A DNA stretch of 64,000 nt, taken from positions 1 through 64,000 of the IMG/VR virus record IMGVR_UViG_3300025137_005002, one strand, 5' to 3'. The notes beneath the pieces are model-generated. The model had not been told where the DNA came from, made no database searches, and saw only the letters and a program-made list of their open reading frames with translations. The position numbers and the translations under genes were made by a program. Below are positions 37,815 to 47,418 of the stretch, in pieces. Position 1 is the stretch's first letter. Every line of letters starts with the position of its first letter. Source of the stretch: a virus.

Positions 37815-39069
37815 ATTAAAAGACAAGTTCTGTCCAGCACCTTTCGTACATGGATATATCAATGCAAATAACAGAGCTCATAAACTTTGTTGTATGAGTG
37901 ATATTGTGGGCAGGTTTGATAATTCAAAACCTTTGCAAGAAACATTTCAAAATTTTTGGAATGGAGAGTTTATGCAAGACACAAGAAAGTCTTTTATGCA
38001 AGGAGAGTTTCCTGATGCTTGTTGGTATTGCAAAGAACACGAAGAAAAAGGCAACATCGCTGAAAGTCAACGTGTGCAATTACTTAAACGTTATGAAAAT
38101 AAACTAGACTACGAAGAACTTGAGTTAGATATTATAAACGGTAACAGACATAATAAGCCATTAGATATTGATTTACGTCCTGGTAAACTATGCAATTTAA
38201 AATGCAGAAGTTGTAATACTGTTTGGAGTGATAAGATTGAAAAAGAAGTTTTAGCAAATCCAGAGATACAAGGCAAAGAATGGTATTGGGATACCATTAC
38301 ACAAAACAAAAAGTCAATGGACATTGTTAATAGTATTGACTGGGAAAGTGATGACTTTGATATTGTAAGTGGATTTGATTTAACAAATGTTAGATGGTTA
38401 AAAATGTCTGGCGGAGAGACACTAGTAGATAAACGTGTTATTAAAATGTTACAACGTGTGGCAGATACAGGTTATGCAAAAGATATAAACTTACATTTAC
38501 TTACTAATGGAACAGTTAGTCCACATAAACTACAGTTATTACTAGAATCATTTAAACTATTAACAATTAATACAAGTTTTGATGCAAGTGGATCGTTAAA
38601 TGAATACTTAAGAACAAATTCAAAGTACGACAAGTGTATCACAAACTTTAAAGACATATTTAAAATAAAGAATTTACAATGGCAAGGCATTAATGCAGTT
38701 ATGCAAGTTACTAATGCTTTCAATGTTGACGAATGGTATAGTGAATTATATGAAATAGGCAAAGAAGCAGGCGGGGATAAGTTTAAAGGAATTAACTTAC
38801 TGCCGTTAGTTGATCCTATGTATTTGTGTGTTGGTTGGTTAGATGAAGATCATAAACAACTTATTCAAAGCAAGTTAGACATATTACTTAAACGTTATGC
38901 TAACAATACCGATATTGAAAAGAAATTAAAAGTTTTAAAAACAGAATTAAATCAAAAACTAGATGTAGAGTACGAAAAGGCAAGGTATGTAAGACATACA
39001 AAAGCATTAGATAAAATTAGGAATACAAATGTGTTAGATTTTGTGCCACAACTACAGAGGTATTGGTAA
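37807..39069 (+). CDS. Radical SAM enzyme #10, type A
   Basis: FCPAPF...LCC...ACWYC; DLRPGKLCNLKCRSC; SGGE. Confidence 0.9.
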   Translation: MAKLKDKFCPAPFVHGYINANNRAHKLCCMSDIVGRFDNSKPLQETFQNFWNGEFMQDTRKSFMQGEFPDACWYCKEHEEKGNIAESQRVQLLKRYENKLDYEELELDIINGNRHNKPLDIDLRPGKLCNLKCRSCNTVWSDKIEKEVLANPEIQGKEWYWDTITQNKKSMDIVNSIDWESDDFDIVSGFDLTNVRWLKMSGGETLVDKRVIKMLQRVADTGYAKDINLHLLTNGTVSPHKLQLLLESFKLLTINTSFDASGSLNEYLRTNSKYDKCITNFKDIFKIKNLQWQGINAVMQVTNAFNVDEWYSELYEIGKEAGGDKFKGINLLPLVDPMYLCVGWLDEDHKQLIQSKLDILLKRYANNTDIEKKLKVLKTELNQKLDVEYEKARYVRHTKALDKIRNTNVLDFVPQLQRYW

Positions 39070-39812
39070 TGGAATGGCTTGATATAATAAACAACAGACA
39101 CACAACGTTTGCTTGGGAAGAAGATAGTGTACCAACACAAGAAGAACTTGTAGATGTTCTGCAAGAAGTATTTGCACATATACCATCTAAAAATTTACAG
39201 TTTCCTTATCAAGTAAGACTGTTAAGGAATAATGATCCTGAGATAAGAAAAGAAATAATGACTATTTGTAAACGTAATGACCATGTAACAGACGAAGAAG
39301 ATAGAGGTAATCCTCAAGTACTTGCTCCGTGGCTTATTGGTTTTTGTTCTAGATGGGTAGCAGACTTAGAGTCGAGATACGAAACAGAGTCAACAAGAGG
39401 ACAAGACTATTTAGATAACCCAGAAACAGGTAAAAGATTAAGACAAGAAAAGCAAGGTAAACATTTTATTAATGAAAAAGGACAAGTGCAAACAGAAAAT
39501 ATTGAAATAGGTATTATGTCTACTTACATAATGTTAGCAATGGCTAACAGAGGAATACAAACTGGTATGTGTCAAAACATACAAAGAAATTATGAAAGAG
39601 CAGAAGAGATATTTGATATTGATAGTGATGTTAGAAACTTAGACTTTAGATTTATAATGGGAGTTGGGTATGGAAAAGATGCTAATGTAAAACATGAGTA
39701 CCTTGATCCTAGAATAGATAAAACAAAATCAATTCCGTTTAAACCTACAAACGTTGAAAAAGTTTATAATCGTCCAAACTTTGATGATGTTATTAAGGTA
39801 ATAAAATCATGA
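39069..39812 (+). CDS. Nitroreductase-fold flavoprotein
   Basis: IINNRHT..., PSKN.Q.P, APW, EIG....IMLA....GIQTG, MGVGY. Confidence 0.7.
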   Translation: MEWLDIINNRHTTFAWEEDSVPTQEELVDVLQEVFAHIPSKNLQFPYQVRLLRNNDPEIRKEIMTICKRNDHVTDEEDRGNPQVLAPWLIGFCSRWVADLESRYETESTRGQDYLDNPETGKRLRQEKQGKHFINEKGQVQTENIEIGIMSTYIMLAMANRGIQTGMCQNIQRNYERAEEIFDIDSDVRNLDFRFIMGVGYGKDANVKHEYLDPRIDKTKSIPFKPTNVEKVYNRPNFDDVIKVIKS

Positions 39813-40990
39813 CACTTCCTACAAATACATTTTGTGCGGCTCCTTGGTACGCAACGTATTACAAAGATAGTTTAAAGAAATACAAAATGTGTTGCGTATT
39901 TGATCCATGGATGGAGGCTGAAAGCCCTCAGGATTATTATAATAGTCCACTAGTACAAGATGTTAGAGATAAGATGCTTAAAGGCGAGTGGCATAGCGGA
40001 TGTGCAGACTGTCAAAGTCGTGAAGAAAATAAAATGATTAGTGACAGAACTACATTTAATCATTACTTTGAAAAAGATATTGCTAAAGGTTTTGATACTG
40101 GACAGTTTAAGTTAAAGTGGCTGGATTATAGACCTGGTAACTTATGTAACTTAAAATGTAGAATGTGTCACCCTAGTAATAGTAGTTTAATTGATAAAGA
40201 AACGCAAGAGAATGAAGAACTTAAAGAGTTCATGGGTAAAAAACATTATCCAGTTAATGATGATCTATTGCCTAATATATGTAACAAAGAAACATTTGAA
40301 AATTTAGAAGTATTAAAGATACTTGGCGGCGAACCTACTATTGATCCACAGGTTACGAAACTATTAGAATGGACTGTAGGAAACGGTTACGCAAAGGATA
40401 TTAATTTGCGTTTCACAACTAATGCAACTAACATGAATAAACGTTGGGTAGAAGCAGTTAATCAATTTAAAACTTGTAAGATACAAATTAGTTTAGATGG
40501 CACTGGACCAACATACGATTATATTAGAACAGGTGCTAATTGGAGTAAGATTAAAGAGAATACTTTGCGTTGTCCAGAGATGTATAATAATATTAGAGCA
40601 ATGGGATCTAACATAGTGTATAGTGTTTATAATTGTTTTACAGTTGATCAGTGGCTACCTGAGTTAAAGCAAATTAGAAGAGAAATAAAAGATCAAGGTA
40701 TTAACTATGAATTTAATGTAATTAATTGCACAACACCTGCTCATCAAAAAGTATCTAACTTACCAGATGAATTAAAACAAGTAATCTTAGATAAAATTGA
40801 TGCACTTGGGTTTGAAGACGAAGTAACTCATTCTATAAGAACTTACACAGAACTTCCAGCAGTTGGATCTCCAAGTGGACACGCAATTAGATTTTTTAAA
40901 CATAACGATATACTAGATAGATTAAGAAGAACTAATATAGAGACATTAAGTCCAGAGTATAAACAATTAAGAGAAGTTTCTAATGCATAA
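39809..40990 (+). CDS. Radical SAM enzyme #11, type A
   Basis: FCAAPW...MCC...GCADC; DYRPGNLCNLKCRMC; LGGEPT. Confidence 0.9.
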   Translation: MTLPTNTFCAAPWYATYYKDSLKKYKMCCVFDPWMEAESPQDYYNSPLVQDVRDKMLKGEWHSGCADCQSREENKMISDRTTFNHYFEKDIAKGFDTGQFKLKWLDYRPGNLCNLKCRMCHPSNSSLIDKETQENEELKEFMGKKHYPVNDDLLPNICNKETFENLEVLKILGGEPTIDPQVTKLLEWTVGNGYAKDINLRFTTNATNMNKRWVEAVNQFKTCKIQISLDGTGPTYDYIRTGANWSKIKENTLRCPEMYNNIRAMGSNIVYSVYNCFTVDQWLPELKQIRREIKDQGINYEFNVINCTTPAHQKVSNLPDELKQVILDKIDALGFEDEVTHSIRTYTELPAVGSPSGHAIRFFKHNDILDRLRRTNIETLSPEYKQLREVSNA

Positions 40991-42161
40991 AACAAAAACT
41001 AGTTGTAGTGCATTGTGGCGAAGTCTGTATTATAATGACATGACAAATGAGTATAGAGTTTGTTGTGACTTCAAACCCGTAGACATGACGAAAAGAGTAG
41101 GACTAGGCAGTGTTGAAGAATATCTTGCTAGTGATGTTTATCAAGAACTAAAGTCTGATATGTTTCAAGGTAAGTGGCACGAAGGTTGTAAAACCTGTGA
41201 GATAGATGAAGAAAGAGGAATGGAAAGTCAACGTCAATCCTTTAATAGACAGTTTAAACTAGAAGATATTAAAGACGATCAAGACTTTCAAATAAAGTAT
41301 TTAGATTATAGACCAGGTAATTTGTGTAATCTTAAATGTAGAATGTGTACACCAATGTTTAGCAGTGTACTAGAGAAAGAATTAAATGATAACCCAGAAC
41401 TAAAAGAATATGCAAGTACTAAAGTATTTGATATGATGGATGTTGCAGTTGGGCAGTTAATTAAAGACGAAAAACGTTTTGAGCATTTAGAATTACTAAA
41501 AGTATTAGGTGGCGAACCTACTATTGATCCACAAATATATGACTTATTAGAATTTGTAATAGACAAAGGGTATGCAAAGAATATAACATTAAGGTATACG
41601 ACAAACGCTACCAACCAGAACAAACGCTGGCTCAACTTAATTAAAAAGTTTAAAAGAGTTGGAGTAACATTTAGTTGTGATGGAACTGGAGAAACATACG
41701 AGTATATTAGAACTCCTGCTAAATGGGAATCAGTTAAAAAGAATATACTAAATGTTGGAGAAATTACAAACTTATATAGAACAGGATTTAATGTAGTGTT
41801 TAGTGTTTGGAATTGTTTTACAGTCGATAAATGGTTACCAGAGTTAATACAAATGTCTAACAAGATATCAGGACAAACAGAACAAGACCGTATACAAATA
41901 ATAAATTGCACACACCCTAAAGGATCACAAGTATTTAATATGCCTGATCAATTTAAACAAATTGTTTTAGATAAGTTAAAAACATTACCACAACACCATA
42001 CAGTAGTTCAACAGTTAATACATTATACACAACTACCACAACGTAATAATACTGCAACAAAGAGTTTCTTTGACTACAACGACAAATTAGATAGAATTAG
42101 AAAAACAAATATTAATGATATAAGCGAACATTATGAAACACTTCGACAGAACACATTATAA
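40983..42161 (+). CDS. Radical SAM enzyme #12, type A
   Basis: SCSALW...VCC...GCKTC; DYRPGNLCNLKCRMC; LGGEPT. Confidence 0.9.
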   Translation: MHKTKTSCSALWRSLYYNDMTNEYRVCCDFKPVDMTKRVGLGSVEEYLASDVYQELKSDMFQGKWHEGCKTCEIDEERGMESQRQSFNRQFKLEDIKDDQDFQIKYLDYRPGNLCNLKCRMCTPMFSSVLEKELNDNPELKEYASTKVFDMMDVAVGQLIKDEKRFEHLELLKVLGGEPTIDPQIYDLLEFVIDKGYAKNITLRYTTNATNQNKRWLNLIKKFKRVGVTFSCDGTGETYEYIRTPAKWESVKKNILNVGEITNLYRTGFNVVFSVWNCFTVDKWLPELIQMSNKISGQTEQDRIQIINCTHPKGSQVFNMPDQFKQIVLDKLKTLPQHHTVVQQLIHYTQLPQRNNTATKSFFDYNDKLDRIRKTNINDISEHYETLRQNTL

Positions 42162-43644
42162 AGATCCAGAAGAGTATCAGCAGAGTATAAAAGATAAAGG
42201 CTGTTCAGGCTTTTGTCCTATACCCTGGGTTAGTCTAGGAGTTAATAACAACGGTGACTATCGTATGTGTGTTCAAGCCGCGGCTAATAGAAAAGATAAT
42301 ATCAGAGGACAATGCAAAGGTACTGATGGTGTTACTATGCGTATTGAAGATACAAGTATTGCCGACAGTCGCAACAGTGAAGTAATGAAAGAAACACGTC
42401 GCGATATGATTGCCGGTAAAAGAAGTGAACATTGTGTCAGATGTAACAAGGAAGATGATGCTGGTTCTAGTAGTAGACGTTGGCTGGACTTAAAAAAGTA
42501 TTGGCAAGAGTTTGATATTGATGATGCAATAGAAAACACTAACGAAGATGGAAGTATAGACACAGAAGAATATCCGCTATTAGATTTAGATTTAAGACTA
42601 GACAATACTTGTAACTTAAAATGTAGAATGTGTGGGCCTACTGAAAGTCATCAATGGTACACTGAATGGGTTAAGACAAGTGGGTATAATAAATTTAAAG
42701 CATATGATCATACAGTTAATTTAGAGATGAAAGGCAATCGTGCTCAGATAGTTGGAAAAAGTCCTTATGGTTGGTCTGATAGAGTAGATGTTGCAAACAT
42801 ACTACAGAAAGATGCTCCTCATTTAAAACAAATATACATGAGTGGAGGAGAACCGTTAATCATTAAACAACAATATGAACTATTGCAAAAGTATATTGAT
42901 AATGGAACTGCAAAAGACCTAGAAGTAGATTACAATACAAACTTTACTAGTATTCCACAACGTGCATTGGATCAATGGAAAGAGTTTAAACAAGTTAATA
43001 TTGGCGGAAGTGTAGACGGTATTGACAAAGTTAATGACTATGTTAGGTATCCAAGCAAGTGGAGTCAAGTAAAAGATAACATAAAGAAATTAGATACACA
43101 AACAGAAGACAATGTAACTTGTTGGTTAACATATACTTGGCAGATATTAAATGTGTTAAGTGTAACAGACTTAATTGAATACTGTTTAGAACAAGACTTC
43201 GTTAAGTTTAATAGGTACAGTCAAAGTGCTTTCTTTACATATCACCCTGTACATAATCCTGCGTATTATTGTGTAACTAGTTTACCTGATAGTGCTAAAG
43301 AATATGTTACAAATCATATTAACAACTGGAAAAACGGTTGGTTTACTGATTGGTGTAATAGTAAACCTAAAGACTATAAAATGTCTAATACTAATTATAA
43401 AATGAGACATCATGGACAAATTATAAGAGATTGGGATCATGGCATTGATGGACTATATGATGTAACAGAGAAACAATTAGATTCAATGTTAAATTTTATG
43501 CATGGTAGCAGTACAACAGAACATATGCCAGAGATGTGGAGACGTACACAAATACTTGATAAGAGTAGAGGAGAAAACTTTGAAGAAGTTTATCCTGAAC
43601 TTGCAGTTCATATTAAAAAACACTTAGGTATTAGTAATGATTAA
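42133..43644 (+). CDS. Radical SAM enzyme #13, type A
   Basis: FCPIPW...MC...HCVRC; CNLKCRMC; SGGEP. Confidence 0.9.
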   Translation: MKHFDRTHYKDPEEYQQSIKDKGCSGFCPIPWVSLGVNNNGDYRMCVQAAANRKDNIRGQCKGTDGVTMRIEDTSIADSRNSEVMKETRRDMIAGKRSEHCVRCNKEDDAGSSSRRWLDLKKYWQEFDIDDAIENTNEDGSIDTEEYPLLDLDLRLDNTCNLKCRMCGPTESHQWYTEWVKTSGYNKFKAYDHTVNLEMKGNRAQIVGKSPYGWSDRVDVANILQKDAPHLKQIYMSGGEPLIIKQQYELLQKYIDNGTAKDLEVDYNTNFTSIPQRALDQWKEFKQVNIGGSVDGIDKVNDYVRYPSKWSQVKDNIKKLDTQTEDNVTCWLTYTWQILNVLSVTDLIEYCLEQDFVKFNRYSQSAFFTYHPVHNPAYYCVTSLPDSAKEYVTNHINNWKNGWFTDWCNSKPKDYKMSNTNYKMRHHGQIIRDWDHGIDGLYDVTEKQLDSMLNFMHGSSTTEHMPEMWRRTQILDKSRGENFEEVYPELAVHIKKHLGISND

Positions 43645-44731
43645 ATTAGAAGATTTAGAATCAATACAATTAGAAATTACAAGTAATTGTAATGCTATGT
43701 GTTTAGATTGTGCTAGAAACATTGACGGAGTAAAACTTAATCCATATGTAGAGTTTGGTAAAGCAGGAAACATGAGCTTCGAGTTATTTAAAAGTATACT
43801 TAACAAAAAGACATTACCTAACTTTAAGAAGTTAGAACTAGATGGTAACTTTGGTGATAGTTTAATACATCCGCAGAGTTACGAGTTTATGGAATACTAT
43901 TGTAATGAGTTTCCAGGAACTGGTATTGAGATTAACTCTAACGGATCTTATAATGATACAGACTGGTGGTATAAGTTAGGAAAGTTATTATCCACACATC
44001 TTAAAAAGAGACCCGAGCATATTAAGTTTGGTATAGACGGAGTAGACTTTGAAACACACGGAATATACAGACGTAACTTAGATTACAATAAAATTATAGA
44101 TAATGCAAAAGCATTTATAGATGGCGGAGGTGTTGCTACATGGAAGTTTTTAGAATTTGACCACAACACACATCAAGTTGAACAAGCAAGACAGATAGCA
44201 AAAGAATTAGGCTTTAAGAGATTTTATTTAAAAGCAACAAGAAATAAAACAAGAGTAATTGAAGAAACTTTAGATAATAAATCTTACAAAGTAACCGGAC
44301 AAGCAACAAAGAAAAAAGAACATATTGAAATAGACTCAATGGATAAGGCTACAAGAAATGTTTTAGAAAATCATATAAAAAGTATTGTAAGTGATACTGA
44401 AAACTTTTATGATACAAGTACAGTCCGTTGTCCGTGGCAAAAACGTAAGATGATACAAATAGATTACGATGGTAGAATATATCAGTGTTGTCATATTGGT
44501 GGAAAATATGGTAGAGCAAAGAACTTTAGACATAAAGAGTATCAATATTACATTGACAAATATGGTATTGATTGGAATAACTTAAATATACATACACTAC
44601 AAGAAGTTTTTGATCATCCATATTGGAAAGATCTCGACGAAAGTTTTGATAATAGTATAAATGACAAATCAAATCCAAGAATTAAAAGATGTGTTGAAAA
44701 ATGTTCAGCAGAATTATGGGGTAAAGCATGA
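43637..44731 (+). CDS. Radical SAM enzyme #14, type B
   Basis: LEITSNCNAMCLDC, GNFGD, FGIDG; GRIYQCCH...RCVEKC. Confidence 0.9.
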   Translation: MIKLEDLESIQLEITSNCNAMCLDCARNIDGVKLNPYVEFGKAGNMSFELFKSILNKKTLPNFKKLELDGNFGDSLIHPQSYEFMEYYCNEFPGTGIEINSNGSYNDTDWWYKLGKLLSTHLKKRPEHIKFGIDGVDFETHGIYRRNLDYNKIIDNAKAFIDGGGVATWKFLEFDHNTHQVEQARQIAKELGFKRFYLKATRNKTRVIEETLDNKSYKVTGQATKKKEHIEIDSMDKATRNVLENHIKSIVSDTENFYDTSTVRCPWQKRKMIQIDYDGRIYQCCHIGGKYGRAKNFRHKEYQYYIDKYGIDWNNLNIHTLQEVFDHPYWKDLDESFDNSINDKSNPRIKRCVEKCSAELWGKA

Positions 44732-46050
44732 GTAAAACATACTGTCCTATTCCTTGGAACTTCCAAGCAGTAAGAAACAATGGTGATGTTCGTATTTGCT
44801 GTCAAGCAAATGTAACAAAGAACCAGGGTGTGGTTAGACATAAAGATGGCACACCTTATAATGCAGGAAGAGATAGTTTAGTTAGAGCCCGTAATGCCGA
44901 CCTTATGAAAATTGTTCGTAAGAATATGTTAGCAGGTATATGGAGTGACGAGTGTAAGAGGTGTAAGCAAGAGGAAGAAGTTGGACTTAATAGTAGACGT
45001 CAATATGAATTACAAACTTGGAGTAAACTTGATATAAAAGAAGCACGAGCACTTACTAAAGTCGATGGAACTATTGATACAGAACGTGCTCCAATAAATT
45101 ACTACGATTTAAGATTTGGTAACTTATGCAATTTGCAGTGTCGTATGTGTGGACCTACTGATAGTCATAGTTGGTATGAACAATGGACTGACTATCATAA
45201 AGAAGAAGGCTTTCAAGATACACATGGATACGTTAAGTTAAATCGTAATAAAAAAGGTAGATTAGAAACTAAAGATTATAGTTGGCACGGATCTACAAGT
45301 TTTTGGAATAATATTGAAAAGAATTTAGATAAAATTCAGCACGTTTATATGGCAGGCGGTGAACCTATGATGATTGAACGTCATTACGAGTTCCTAGAGA
45401 AGTGTGTTAAGAAAGATGTTGCTAAAAACATATTAATTGAATACAATACTAACATGACAAACTTACCTGACAAAGTATTAGAGTACTGGAAGCATTTTAA
45501 AGAAGTTAGAGTTGGTGCAAGTATAGATGGTATGGGAGAAGTATTAGAGTATCAACGTTATCCAATTAAGTGGGAACAGGCAAAGAAGAATTTAGATAAA
45601 CTAGATAAGTTTGCACAAGAAAACAGTAACATAATGGCATGGATAGCCTACACTGTTACAGTGAATAATGTTTGGCACTTGCCTGAGTTTATGTTATGGA
45701 AAGTTAAATCAAGTGGCTGGAAGAAGATTAACAGTACAATGAAAAGACCAGTAATAACTCATCATGTTGCACATGGTCCAAAGAGAATGAACTTAAAGAT
45801 ATTGCCTCCGCATTTAAAAGAAACTTTAGAAGCAGTTTATAATAATTGGAAAGCCATATTTGCTAGTGAGTTTACTGAATTACAAACAGAAAAGGCTTGC
45901 AAAATCCTTGATAGTGTGTTACAATTTACTAAATCAGAAGATTATGATCAATTAGACGAATACATCAAATTCACAAAATATTTGGATAGAACTAGGAAAC
46001 AAGATATCACAAAAGTTGTTCCTAGATACAAGGATTTGTTTAATGATTAA
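44728..46050 (+). CDS. Radical SAM enzyme #15, type A
   Basis: YCPIPW...ICC...ECKRC; CNLQCRMC; AGGEP. Confidence 0.9.
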   Translation: MSKTYCPIPWNFQAVRNNGDVRICCQANVTKNQGVVRHKDGTPYNAGRDSLVRARNADLMKIVRKNMLAGIWSDECKRCKQEEEVGLNSRRQYELQTWSKLDIKEARALTKVDGTIDTERAPINYYDLRFGNLCNLQCRMCGPTDSHSWYEQWTDYHKEEGFQDTHGYVKLNRNKKGRLETKDYSWHGSTSFWNNIEKNLDKIQHVYMAGGEPMMIERHYEFLEKCVKKDVAKNILIEYNTNMTNLPDKVLEYWKHFKEVRVGASIDGMGEVLEYQRYPIKWEQAKKNLDKLDKFAQENSNIMAWIAYTVTVNNVWHLPEFMLWKVKSSGWKKINSTMKRPVITHHVAHGPKRMNLKILPPHLKETLEAVYNNWKAIFASEFTELQTEKACKILDSVLQFTKSEDYDQLDEYIKFTKYLDRTRKQDITKVVPRYKDLFND

Positions 46051-46762
46051 AGAAGGATATAAAGGTCTAAACAATTCAGTATACATTGATAATGGATTTA
46101 GAATACAAATAGAATCTAGTACTAGATGTAACTGCTTATGTCCTGGTTGTGCTAGAACAAAAATTAAACAAAAGTTTGACGCAGGAAAAAGTAACTTAAT
46201 GTATCCAATTATGGATATGTCATTAGAAGACTTTAAACTATTAGTCCGACCAGAGAACAATATATTTAGAATAACTTATAGTCTTACACTAGGAGATCCT
46301 ATATATAGTGGATCGTTCTTAGAACAGTTAGAATATTTAAATACTTTAGAGAAACGTCCTTGGATTAATTTACATACAAACGGAAGTGGTCGTTCTAAAG
46401 ACTGGTGGTATAAACTAGGTAAACTATTAAAAGGCAGAGACAGAGTTGAGTTTGCTATAGATGGTTTAGAAGATACAAACAAAATTTATAGAATAAATTC
46501 TAAATGGAAAACAATTATAGAAGGCATTAAAACATTAAAACATAGTATAGATGAAATTGATAGTGATGCCGAAGTAGATGTTAGACACATTATATTTGAA
46601 CACAACTATCATCAAACTATCGAAGTTTGCAAACTAGCACAAGAACTAAAGGCTAATACTTTGCGTATTTTTGTTGGTGATGGTAGAACGCCAAAGCATA
46701 TGATTTTAAAAAGTAAAGGGTGGGATATAATTAAGAAAGAAGTAAATGATTATCTATCCTAA
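46043..46762 (+). CDS. Radical SAM enzyme #16, type B core only
   Basis: IESSTRCNCLCPGC, LGDP, TNG, FAIDG, EHNYHQ; no C-terminal Cys domain. Confidence 0.85.
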   Translation: MIKEGYKGLNNSVYIDNGFRIQIESSTRCNCLCPGCARTKIKQKFDAGKSNLMYPIMDMSLEDFKLLVRPENNIFRITYSLTLGDPIYSGSFLEQLEYLNTLEKRPWINLHTNGSGRSKDWWYKLGKLLKGRDRVEFAIDGLEDTNKIYRINSKWKTIIEGIKTLKHSIDEIDSDAEVDVRHIIFEHNYHQTIEVCKLAQELKANTLRIFVGDGRTPKHMILKSKGWDIIKKEVNDYLS

Positions 46763-47096
46763 ATGCAAATATAGAGATGACCAAGTTCCTATCCTAAGAG
46801 TAGATGGATACGTTGGACCTTGTTGTCACTTTGGAGGAGAACAACCCTGGTATGATTTAAAACAATTACTAGGAGAGAAGATAGAACAATTACATATAAC
46901 AAAAGGAACTATGGATGAAATTAATCGTAGTGAAGCAAGTTATATGATTGAACAAAGTTTTACAGAAGCACCTATGGATACTTGTAAACAAATGTGTGAT
47001 AAACCTTTTTTAGAAACAAGTAAAAAGAGTGGCTTTAGTACTGCTAACAACAAAGTAATGATTAAGAATTTAAACAAGAGTAGATTAGATGATTGA
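46746..47096 (+). CDS. Stand-alone SPASM/twitch Fe-S domain (partner of #16)
   Basis: PKC...DGYVGPCCH...TCKQMC, matches the C-terminal domain of type B paralogs. Confidence 0.75.
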   Translation: MIIYPKCKYRDDQVPILRVDGYVGPCCHFGGEQPWYDLKQLLGEKIEQLHITKGTMDEINRSEASYMIEQSFTEAPMDTCKQMCDKPFLETSKKSGFSTANNKVMIKNLNKSRLDD

Positions 47097-47418
47097 TATT
47101 TTAATTAAATCTATAATAGGTGGACTAATAATTGGAATAGTTAGTACGTTGGCACAGAAGAACCCAACTGCTGGTGCATTTATAATGGGCATACCTTTAG
47201 TAAGTATTATTACATTAAGTATTATGCATTATAGTGGCGTTGACTATCAAACGTTTAGAACATTCTCATATCAAACTGTTTACTTTGTAGCAATAAGTTT
47301 AGTATTCTTTCCTATCTTTGTTGCACTTTATAACTACAACTTTTGGTTTGCTTTACTAGGTAGTGCAACTATAACAGGTGCTTTAATGTTAGCCAGTGTT
47401 AAACTTTTGGACTTTTAA
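47089..47418 (+). CDS. 4-TM membrane protein
   Basis: IK.IIGGLI...VS.LA...P..GA....IPLVS; four hydrophobic helices. Confidence 0.65.
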   Translation: MIDILIKSIIGGLIIGIVSTLAQKNPTAGAFIMGIPLVSIITLSIMHYSGVDYQTFRTFSYQTVYFVAISLVFFPIFVALYNYNFWFALLGSATITGALMLASVKLLDF

